From: Pyrinomonadaceae bacterium
GTDB lineage: Bacteria; Acidobacteriota; Blastocatellia; Pyrinomonadales; Pyrinomonadaceae
NCBI GenBank assembly: GCA_046313635.1
Contig: JBKBYA010000001.1
Location: forward strand, 64,001 to 128,000
DNA: 64,000 nucleotides
Reading direction: 5' to 3'
Each line of letters starts with the position of its first letter. Within the stretch, counting starts at the first letter, position 1. Below the pieces are notes generated by a model that did not search any database, was not told the origin of the DNA, and worked only from the letters and a program-made list of their open reading frames with translations. Position numbers and translations under genes: made by a program. This document shows positions 43,610 through 51,128 of the stretch, in pieces.

Positions 43610-43915
43610 GCGTAATTCACATCATCCAGTTTCGAGGCGGCCGGGCAAGACGTTTGATCTCAGTTATTTGACAGTCGAGTTTCCACAATTCCACAAGCCT
43701 GTATCGGATCGGGCTGTGGAGCGGCGGTGGAAAAGAATCGAGGGAAAAAGGCGTCCACAGGCGGCACTTGATTTCCACAGATTTTCCACACTTTAATGTG
43801 AATCCTCGACCGCGATAAATACAGGGCGAAACGCATTTTCGCACAGTTTCACAGGCCCTATTACTGGTACTAAGGTTCTACATAGATTTGAAATTTAGTT
43901 TGAGAATTAAAACGG
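43610..43915. other. oriC: DnaA boxes, DnaA-trio-like tract and AT-rich DUE between dnaA and dnaN
   Basis: Multiple TTTCCACA/TTCCACA/TGTGGA boxes; TTCACAGGCCCTATTACTGGTACTA; AT-rich stretch about 43880-43912. Confidence 0.8.
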
Positions 43916-43967
43916 CTTCGCCGTCTCAGATCTCAGACGCGAAAGAGTCAGGAGCAATCAAACCGAA

Positions 43968-45224
43968 ATGGAATTCACCATCAAGCAGAGCACACTCAAG
44001 GACGAGCTGAACTACATCGCCGGCGTCGTCGAGCGCAAGGCGACGATCCCTGTACTGTCCAACATCCTCATCGAGTCGATCGGCGAGAACGAGATCCGCA
44101 TCGTCGGTACCGATCTCGACTGTACGATGCGGTGCGACGTCGAGGCCGACATCAAGGAGACCGGTGCGATCTGCATCCAGGCCCGCAAGCTTTTTGACAT
44201 CGTGCGGGCGCTGCCCTCGACGGCCGACCTGCACTTCAAACGCGAGGACAACCAGTGGGTGACGCTCAAGGCCGGCCGCTCGCGGTTTCGCCTCGCCGGC
44301 GTGAGCAAGGAGCAGTTCCCCGAGATACCGCAATTCAAGGCGACCAATCTCAAACTGCCGGCCGAGACGTTTGCCTACTTCATCCAGAACACCGCCTTTG
44401 CGATCACGGCCGAGCAGTCGCGGTTCACGCTCTCGGGTGCGAAGTTCGTCGTCGGCGACGGCAAGGCCCTGATGGTCGCGACCGACGGCCACCGTCTCGC
44501 ATACATCGAGCGAGAGGCCGCGGCCGATGCCGGCTCGATCGACACGCTCATCCCGCGCAAAGCGCTGCTCGAGCTCTCAAAGCTCGCACGCGACTCGCGC
44601 TCGGGCGAGATCTCGTTTGGCGAGGACCAGAATCATCTCTACTTCCAGACCGCCGACGGCCGCCTTTTGATCACGCGAAAGCTCACCGGGCAGTTCCCAA
44701 ACTACGAGATGGTGATGCCCAAGGAGACCAAAAACACCGTCACATTCGAGCTCGACGAGATGCGCGACGCCGTTCGCCGCATCTCTCTGATGGCCGACGA
44801 ACGCCAGCGCTCGATCCGCATCACGGTCCGCGAAGGCGAGGTCGAGATCAACGCCCGATCCAGCGAAGAGGGCGAGGGCGTCGAGACCATCCCTGCCGAT
44901 TACAAGGGCGAAGAGACGACCCTCGGATTTAACTGGCAGTACCTGATGGAATTTCTGAATAACGTCGGCGCGCTGGAAAGTTCGGGGTTAAGCGTTCAGA
45001 GTTCAGCGTCGAATAGCGATGAAGAAGCTGATGCCGCAAATCAAACGCGGAGCTCGGAACCCGGGACCCAGAACTCGGCCGCGGCCGCCGCTCCCGCAAA
45101 AGAGCCGCCGGCACCCAAACGCATCTCGTTCGAGTTCAACGACGCCAACGCCGCCACCCAAATGCGCATCGCCGGCGAGACCGTCTACAACTACAAGTAC
45201 ATCGTCATGCCGCTGCGCATATGA
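43968..45224 (+). CDS. dnaN: DNA polymerase III beta clamp (with C-terminal insertion)
   Basis: TIPVLSN, GTDLD, ATDGHRL, GQFPNY, FNWQYL, YIVMPLRI. Confidence 0.97.
   Translation: MEFTIKQSTLKDELNYIAGVVERKATIPVLSNILIESIGENEIRIVGTDLDCTMRCDVEADIKETGAICIQARKLFDIVRALPSTADLHFKREDNQWVTLKAGRSRFRLAGVSKEQFPEIPQFKATNLKLPAETFAYFIQNTAFAITAEQSRFTLSGAKFVVGDGKALMVATDGHRLAYIEREAAADAGSIDTLIPRKALLELSKLARDSRSGEISFGEDQNHLYFQTADGRLLITRKLTGQFPNYEMVMPKETKNTVTFELDEMRDAVRRISLMADERQRSIRITVREGEVEINARSSEEGEGVETIPADYKGEETTLGFNWQYLMEFLNNVGALESSGLSVQSSASNSDEEADAANQTRSSEPGTQNSAAAAAPAKEPPAPKRISFEFNDANAATQMRIAGETVYNYKYIVMPLRI
44979..45078. repeat. Degenerate inverted GTTCAG/GAAC heptamer cassette inside dnaN
   Basis: agttcgg ggttaag cgttcag agttcag ... 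cggagct cggaacc cgggacc cagaact. Confidence 0.65.
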
Positions 45225-45339
45225 TCGCGGCGGTCGGGCAGGCCGCAACGGCCTGCCAAGCTGATCAAAGCGTCGAGCCGGCGGCCCGAGAAGGTCGCCG
45301 GCCTCCCCTAAAAACCGAACGCTGCCAATTCCCCGCACA

Positions 45340-46152
45340 ATGGCCAAGATCACCGTTCTCAGCAAAGACGTCACCGTCCAGTCCGTCAATGATCAGGACT
45401 TCATTTCCCTGACCGACATCGCGAGGTACAAGGACAGCGAACGCACCGACTACCTCATCATGAATTGGCTGCGCAGCCGCAGCACGATCGAGTTCCTAGG
45501 TATCTGGGAACAGCTCAACAATCCCGATTTTAATCCCATCGAATTCGATGGGATTAGAAATCAGTCAGGACTCAACAGCTTCATACTCACCGTCAAACAG
45601 TGGGTCGACAAAACCTCCGCCATCGGCATCGTCTCAAAACCCGGCCGCTACGGCGGGACGTTTGCTCACAAGGACATTGCATTTGAATTTGCGAGCTGGA
45701 TCTCGGTCGAATTCAAGCTCTACCTCATCAAGGAATTTCAAAGACTCAAAGAGATCGAGCAGCAGCGCACCGGCTGGGACATCAGGCGCAACCTCGCAAA
45801 GATCAATTACCGTATCCATACGGACGCCGTAAAAGCCAATCTCATCCCGCCGCGTCTGTCGCGGCAGCAGACCAACATGGTCTACGCATCCGAAGCAGAT
45901 GTCCTCAACATGGCGCTCTTTGGCATGACCGCCAAAGAGTGGCGTGACCGCAATCCAAAGGCAAAAGGAAATATTCGCGATCAGGCAAACGCGTCTCAGC
46001 TCGTCTGCCTCGCCAATCTCGAGAGCCTCAACGCCGCGATGATCAATGACGGCGTCCCGCAGCCGGAGCGTCTCGTTCGCCTCAACCAGATCGCGATCCA
46101 CCAGATGAGCGTGCTCGTCGACGACCCGCGGGTGCGCAGGCTTGATGAATAG
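45340..46152 (+). CDS. KilA-N domain protein
   Basis: 'DFISLTDIA', 'NWLR...TIEFLGIWE', 'GRYGGTFAHKDIAFEFASWIS'. Confidence 0.88.
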   Translation: MAKITVLSKDVTVQSVNDQDFISLTDIARYKDSERTDYLIMNWLRSRSTIEFLGIWEQLNNPDFNPIEFDGIRNQSGLNSFILTVKQWVDKTSAIGIVSKPGRYGGTFAHKDIAFEFASWISVEFKLYLIKEFQRLKEIEQQRTGWDIRRNLAKINYRIHTDAVKANLIPPRLSRQQTNMVYASEADVLNMALFGMTAKEWRDRNPKAKGNIRDQANASQLVCLANLESLNAAMINDGVPQPERLVRLNQIAIHQMSVLVDDPRVRRLDE

Positions 46153-46168
46153 AGAGCGTCTGCAGAAT

Positions 46169-47374
46169 ATGCCGAGAAAATTATCGTCGCTCGTCGCCGC
46201 GTTGCTGATGGCCGCCACTGCTCACTCGACGGCGGCACAAACTGGAGCGGGCTCGTCCGCCATCGACGCCTTCGCAAAGCGCGAGATGGCCACGCGCAAT
46301 ATTCCGGGGATGTCGGTGGCCGTCGTCAAGAATGGACGTCTCGTCCTCGCCAAAGGCTACGGTCTCGCCGATCTCGAAAATCGTGTTCCCGCGACCGAGT
46401 CGACCGTTTACAGCATCGCCTCGGTGACAAAGATTTTCACGGCGATGGCGGTGATGAGGCTCGTCGAGGACGGACGCGTCTCGCTTGGCGACCCCGTAGC
46501 CAAGTACTTTCCCGAGCTGCCCGAGGCGTGGCGTGCGGTCACCATCAGGCATCTGCTCAGTCACACCTCCGGCATCCCGAGCTACACGGACAACACCGAT
46601 TCCATTCCCTGCAAGGTCGGCAAGCCGCCGAGCGAATACGAGCGCGGCGACGCGTGGAAAGAGGTCGCCTGCCTTCCGCTCACGCACCCAACCGGCACGG
46701 CTTGGAAGTACACCGAGACAGGCTTTTACCTGCTCGGGATGCTGATCGAAAAGGTGAGCGGTGCGCGGTACGGCGAATTTGTCGGGCGGTCGATCTTGTC
46801 GCCGCTAGGGTTGACGGCGACGCGCGAGATCGGCTATCGCGAGCTGATTCCGCACCGCGCGACGGGCCACGCGTTTCGCCGCGGCAAGTTTTATCTCGCT
46901 CCGCGGTTTCAGTTTGACGAGTTCTCGCTCGTGTCGAGCGTCGTCGATATGGCCCGTCTGCACGAAGCCTTTACGACCGAGCGCATCTTAAAACGCTCGA
47001 GCCTCGACGAGCTGTGGACCAATGCCCGTTTGAATGACGGCCGCGTCGTCGAGCACTACGGCCTCGGCTTTGCCCTGACGCCCTACAAGGGCCGCCGCCG
47101 CATCGGCCACAACGGCGGCGGCGGACTGGGTTTTGCCGCGTCGATCGCTCACTTCCCCGACGAAAACCTAACCGTCGTCACCCTCGCCAACGCCGACCAA
47201 CCCCAAGGCACCATCGGCGACCTCAACAATCAGATCGCGGAGATGTTCTTTAACAAATCGGAATCCGCGCGTTTATACTCCTCGGCATCCTTAAAGTTTT
47301 CTTGGCTTGTGAAAACACGGTCTGGGCCGGGCGTAGCGGGCAGACCAAGTAACAAAATTTATGACCTTAACTGA
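46169..47374 (+). CDS. Serine hydrolase, beta-lactamase (class C-like) family
   Basis: Signal peptide; IASVTK (SxxK), LLSHTSG, YTE (YxN-like), GHNG. Confidence 0.85.
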   Translation: MPRKLSSLVAALLMAATAHSTAAQTGAGSSAIDAFAKREMATRNIPGMSVAVVKNGRLVLAKGYGLADLENRVPATESTVYSIASVTKIFTAMAVMRLVEDGRVSLGDPVAKYFPELPEAWRAVTIRHLLSHTSGIPSYTDNTDSIPCKVGKPPSEYERGDAWKEVACLPLTHPTGTAWKYTETGFYLLGMLIEKVSGARYGEFVGRSILSPLGLTATREIGYRELIPHRATGHAFRRGKFYLAPRFQFDEFSLVSSVVDMARLHEAFTTERILKRSSLDELWTNARLNDGRVVEHYGLGFALTPYKGRRRIGHNGGGGLGFAASIAHFPDENLTVVTLANADQPQGTIGDLNNQIAEMFFNKSESARLYSSASLKFSWLVKTRSGPGVAGRPSNKIYDLN

Positions 47375-47972
47375 AGCTCTATTAATTCTCGGAACCGTTG
47401 CTGGTCCGGTCTTGGCAGTCCAAGCGCAGAAATGGATTGAGCGGTCGAGAGAGGCACGCTCCCGTCGCGAGCAGGTATTCAAAATACTAATGGCAACGAG
47501 AGCCCCGGCGACCCGGCTAGGACTGGATCACGTCCAAGCTCTCAATATGATCGATATTGAGTTCAGTCCGAAGAGCTACGCCGGGGTACGAGAAGCTTGG
47601 GCGTCCTATAGAGATCACTTAACGCCGACTTCAAAGTCCGGCAGCGAGGCCGAAGCGATTGTTTGGTCTAATACTGCAGACGAGTTATTTACAAACCTGC
47701 TTTTTGAAATGGGAAAGGCACTGGAATTTAAGTTCGATAAGGTCACATTAAAACGCGGGGCATATATACCAACCGCGCTCGGCGAAACCGACAGCGATTT
47801 GAACGAAATCAGACGGTCGCTCAGATCGCTACTATCCGGCAATCATGCGCTAAAAATGGATGTCGTAAATTTTCCTGAGATGGAGGACTCTGAATCTCAG
47901 AAGCTGATATTAGATGGCATCCGTCAGCTGTTAGGCCGTGCTGACCATAAGAAAGACGATTCGGGAAACTAA
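47361..47972 (+). CDS. DUF6680-like protein, lower GC
   Basis: 'GPVLAVQAQKWIE', 'FKILMATR', 'HVQALNMIDIEF', 'AYIP'; AT-richer codon usage. Confidence 0.7.
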   Translation: MTLTEALLILGTVAGPVLAVQAQKWIERSREARSRREQVFKILMATRAPATRLGLDHVQALNMIDIEFSPKSYAGVREAWASYRDHLTPTSKSGSEAEAIVWSNTADELFTNLLFEMGKALEFKFDKVTLKRGAYIPTALGETDSDLNEIRRSLRSLLSGNHALKMDVVNFPEMEDSESQKLILDGIRQLLGRADHKKDDSGN

Positions 47973-48300
47973 TGTCTTACAACTAGGGGGGCTGAGTCGG
48001 CCGTTTTTTGTTTGGGGCTTCGGGACGTGATGGATCGTCTCTAGGCCCCGAGTTGTATCAGGCGTTGATCGTGGCCGAGGATGCGTCGCTTCGCGGGGGG
48101 GGCTTTGGTCGGTCGCGCGTTGGCCGGCGAGGCAGGCGCAGCAGGAGCTTCGCGAATTATCCAGGCAGAAGCTCCGCAAGCTCGCGGAATTATCGGGCCG
48201 AGAGAGCGATTTATACGGCGAATGCGTCGGAGTGCCGATAAATAAAGGCTTCTAAAACATTTCGCGAGGGCTTTTGCGACGTTTTGGAGGCGAAGATCGG

Positions 48301-48595
48301 ATGTATCAGAGCGACGATACATCTTCAGACGGCCTTGCGTAAATGTATCATCGCGGCGATACATTTACGGATACGGAATATTAAATGTATCAATATGCTG
48401 ATACGAAAAACTATCGCCGACTGAAAATGTATCAGCGGCCCGATACATCGACGGACGACAATAATTAAATGTATCAAGAAGCTGATACAAAAAATTATTG
48501 TTAACTGAAAATGTATCGGCTAATTGATACATTTTGTCGACGCTGCGATACATCTCCAGAAGCAGAAAATTACTTGTATCGACACGCTGATACAT
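48301..48595. repeat. Array of eight ATGTATC-N8-GATACAT palindromes on a 42-bp period with variable 20-nt spacers
   Basis: Units start at 48301, 48343, 48385, 48427, 48469, 48511, 48532 and 48574. Confidence 0.92.
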
Positions 48596-48672
48596 CGTAA
48601 AATCCCGACCCGCAGCAGTTTTTCGGGCCCCCGACGGCCTCACATTCCGGACCGAAAAGGAGTTTCCCCCTT

Positions 48673-49380
48673 ATGCGCCCCGATCAGCGTTGGTTTCCGA
48701 CGAGTCGCACAGAGCGTGCGGCGTGGTTTCAGAATTTTGCGAACGAGTTTGCCAGGGTGGCGATCGATCTCGGCTTTACGCAGGCCGACATCGACGCCGT
48801 CAACGCAGACAACGACGTCATTCAATATCTCCAGCGGCAGCTTATCTCGGTGAAGGCGTACCTCACGGCCCTGCAGACCTTTGACCGCGAGATAACGCAC
48901 GGCAAAAGGAGCGACGCAGTCAGACCGGTGCCGGAGCTGCCGCCGATGCCGGTGCCGGCGGTCGCGACGGCCGGCATCTTTGAGCGGCTCGAGCGGCTCG
49001 TCAGGCGGATCAGGACGATGCCGAAATACACGCACGCGACCGGAGCTCTGCTCGGCATCATTCCGCGCAAGCCCGACGCCGCGGCGATGCTGCCCGAGCG
49101 GCCAAAGAATTTTGTCGCAAAGCCGCTCCCCGCCGGTTACGGCTTTAAGGTATCGGTCTCGCGTCTGGGATATCCGTCGTTCATCATCGAGATCAGGCGG
49201 CAGGGCGAGGCCGAGTGGACCTACCTGGCAACGTGTGTCGGCACCAACTCGATCCGCTGCAGTGTCGAGCCGCTCGCTCCCGGCAAGCCTGAGCTTATTC
49301 ACGTCCGCACAAGAATGTGCAAGGGCAACGACCCCGTCGGCCAATACTCCGACGCACAGGTCCTCACGCTCACGCCGTGA
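48673..49380 (+). CDS. Uncharacterised protein: helical N-terminal region plus predicted beta-sandwich (FN3/Ig-like) C-terminal region
   Basis: SD AAGGAG; no signal peptide; alternating beta pattern in the last ~90 aa ending 'VGQYSDAQVLTLTP'. Confidence 0.8.
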   Translation: MRPDQRWFPTSRTERAAWFQNFANEFARVAIDLGFTQADIDAVNADNDVIQYLQRQLISVKAYLTALQTFDREITHGKRSDAVRPVPELPPMPVPAVATAGIFERLERLVRRIRTMPKYTHATGALLGIIPRKPDAAAMLPERPKNFVAKPLPAGYGFKVSVSRLGYPSFIIEIRRQGEAEWTYLATCVGTNSIRCSVEPLAPGKPELIHVRTRMCKGNDPVGQYSDAQVLTLTP

Positions 49381-49382
49381 CT

Positions 49383-49591
49383 GCAAAAGCCCGCACGCGA
49401 GTAAGGGCGGTACGCTGCGCAAGCCCGCACGCGAGTAAGGGCGGTACAGCCATCAGTTTTCGAACGGCATTCGGCGAGAGTTTTTCGCGATGGGAGCAGC
49501 TAAGATCCGAGGGTTGGTATCGCCCTTACTCGGGTGCGGGCTTTTGCGAGTGATCTGAGAGTATCGCCCATACCCGGGTGCGGGCTTTTGC
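49383..49591. repeat. REP/BIME-like cluster: four ~30-bp copies (two direct, two inverted)
   Basis: AAGCCCGCACGCGAGTAAGGGCGGTAC at about 49387 and 49421; reverse copies at 49517 and 49561. Confidence 0.85.
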
Positions 49592-49673
49592 CCGCTGCGT
49601 CTCGGGGCGCGGCCATCGTTCTATCTGGCCGAAAGCGGCGACGGCGGGTTTGGCCGCGATGTACCTGCAGACA

Positions 49674-49970
49674 TTAAATAACGAGGTTGTAGACGGCGAT
49701 CTCGGCGTCGCGTTGGAGGAGGCCTTCGAGCGCGGCGCGGCCGGTCTGGATGTGCGGCGAGCGGGCGTGCTCGTCGAGCGCTGGCTTGCTCGTCCATTCC
49801 TCGACAAATGTGAAGTCGGTCGGGTCGCCGGCGTTTTGAAGAAGCTCGTACGTGATGCAGCCGTACTCTCTGCGAGTCGGGCCGACCATTTCGCTCAAGA
49901 TGCGTTTGACGTCCTCGACACGGTCGGGTCTAGCGGCAAAGCGTGCGACGACGCGGATGTGTTCGCTCAT
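49674..49970 (-). CDS. Antibiotic biosynthesis monooxygenase (ABM) family protein
   Basis: 'TRREYGCITYEL', 'FVEEW..ALDEH..SPH'. Confidence 0.88.
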   Translation of the reverse strand: MSEHIRVVARFAARPDRVEDVKRILSEMVGPTRREYGCITYELLQNAGDPTDFTFVEEWTSKPALDEHARSPHIQTGRAALEGLLQRDAEIAVYNLVI

Positions 49971-49973
49971 TTT

Positions 49974-50777
49974 TTAGATTATCGTCGTTACGATCTCGCG
50001 GATGCTGCGCTGGAGTTCGCGGTCGTCGGTGATGGGCGAGCAGATCGCGACGTCCGCCGCCTGAATGGGCGGGATGCCTTTGGCGATCATCTGCGCGGCG
50101 TAAATGAGGAGGCGTGTCGAGACGCCCTCTTCGAGACCGTGGCCGCGGAGGTTGCGCACCTTTTGGCCGATCTTGACGAGGTCGGCCGCCCTTTCCTTGT
50201 CGATGCCGCCTTCCTTTGCGACGATCTCGGTCTCGGCGTCGGCGTTCGGGTAGTCGAATTCCATCGCGACAAAGCGCTGGCGCGTCGACTGCTTTAGGTC
50301 TTTGAGAATCGACTGGTAGCCGGGATTGTACGAGACGACGAGCATGAACTCGGGCGGTGCGTCGAGCACCGTGCCGCGCTTCTCGATCGGCAGGCGGCGG
50401 CGGTCGTCGGTCAGCGGGTGAATGATGACGACCGTATCCTTGCGCGCCTCGACGACCTCGTCGAGATAGCAGATCGCACCGGCGCGCACCGCGGCCGTCA
50501 AAGGGCCGTCGTGCCAGACGGTCTCTTCGCCCTCGAGCAAAAAGCGTCCGACGAGATCGGTCGACGAGAGGTCCTCATGACACGCGACCGTGATGAGCGG
50601 ACGGCCGAGACGCCAGGCCATGTATTCGACAAAGCGCGTCTTGCCGCAGCCGGTCGGGCCTTTTAACATCGCCGGCAGCTTCGCCGCGTACGCCGCCTCA
50701 AACAGCTCGACCTCGTGACCGATCGGCAGGTAATAGGGTTCGTTGGCTACCTTGTACTTCTCGACTGCTAATTCCAT
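49974..50777 (-). CDS. CbbQ/NirQ/NorQ family MoxR-type AAA+ ATPase
   Basis: [44 protein letters not shown]. Confidence 0.92.
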   Translation of the reverse strand: MELAVEKYKVANEPYYLPIGHEVELFEAAYAAKLPAMLKGPTGCGKTRFVEYMAWRLGRPLITVACHEDLSSTDLVGRFLLEGEETVWHDGPLTAAVRAGAICYLDEVVEARKDTVVIIHPLTDDRRRLPIEKRGTVLDAPPEFMLVVSYNPGYQSILKDLKQSTRQRFVAMEFDYPNADAETEIVAKEGGIDKERAADLVKIGQKVRNLRGHGLEEGVSTRLLIYAAQMIAKGIPPIQAADVAICSPITDDRELQRSIREIVTTII

Positions 50778-50781
50778 CTAC

Positions 50782-51128
50782 AAGTGAATGGTAAATGGTA
50801 AATGGTAAATGGTAAAAGAGCGGTGAAGTGCAAAGTGTGAGCGATGAGCGGCGAGGAGGAATGGTAAGCGGTAAGCGGTAAATGGTAAATGAGGAATCGG
50901 GCGAGGAGAACGGTAAGCGGTAAATGGTAAATGAGGAATCGGGCGAGGAGAACGGTAAGTGGTAAGTGGTAAGTGGTAAATGGTAAGTGGTAAATGGTAA
51001 GTGGTAAATGGTAAGTGAGGTTTGAAGTTGCCTTTTACGATTCTCGATTCACGATCTACACAACTCTCTTCATTTACCATTTACCGTTTACCATTTACCG
51101 TTCCCCGTCTACCGCTCTCCACTCACCG
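50782..51128. repeat. Large inverted TGGTAA(A/G)/TTTACCA heptamer cassette containing a perfect 42-bp duplication
   Basis: Many tggtaaa/tggtaag/cggtaag units at 50782-51016; tttacca/tttaccg units on the right; 50869-50910 = 50911-50952. Confidence 0.92.

Noticed and set aside
48301..48595. Calling the palindrome array a CRISPR array
   Set aside because: The repeat centre is variable, spacers are only 20 nt and partly related to each other, and no cas genes are in the window.
48041..48643. Minus-strand ORFs with MYxxxDT 14-aa repeats
   Set aside because: The pattern is a by-product of the DNA palindrome, appears on both strands, and is broken by stops.
33900..49600. Canonical parS sites near oriC
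   Set aside because: No TGTTTCACGTGAAACA-like site was noticed by eye, and the array motif does not match it; a motif scan would be needed to exclude them.
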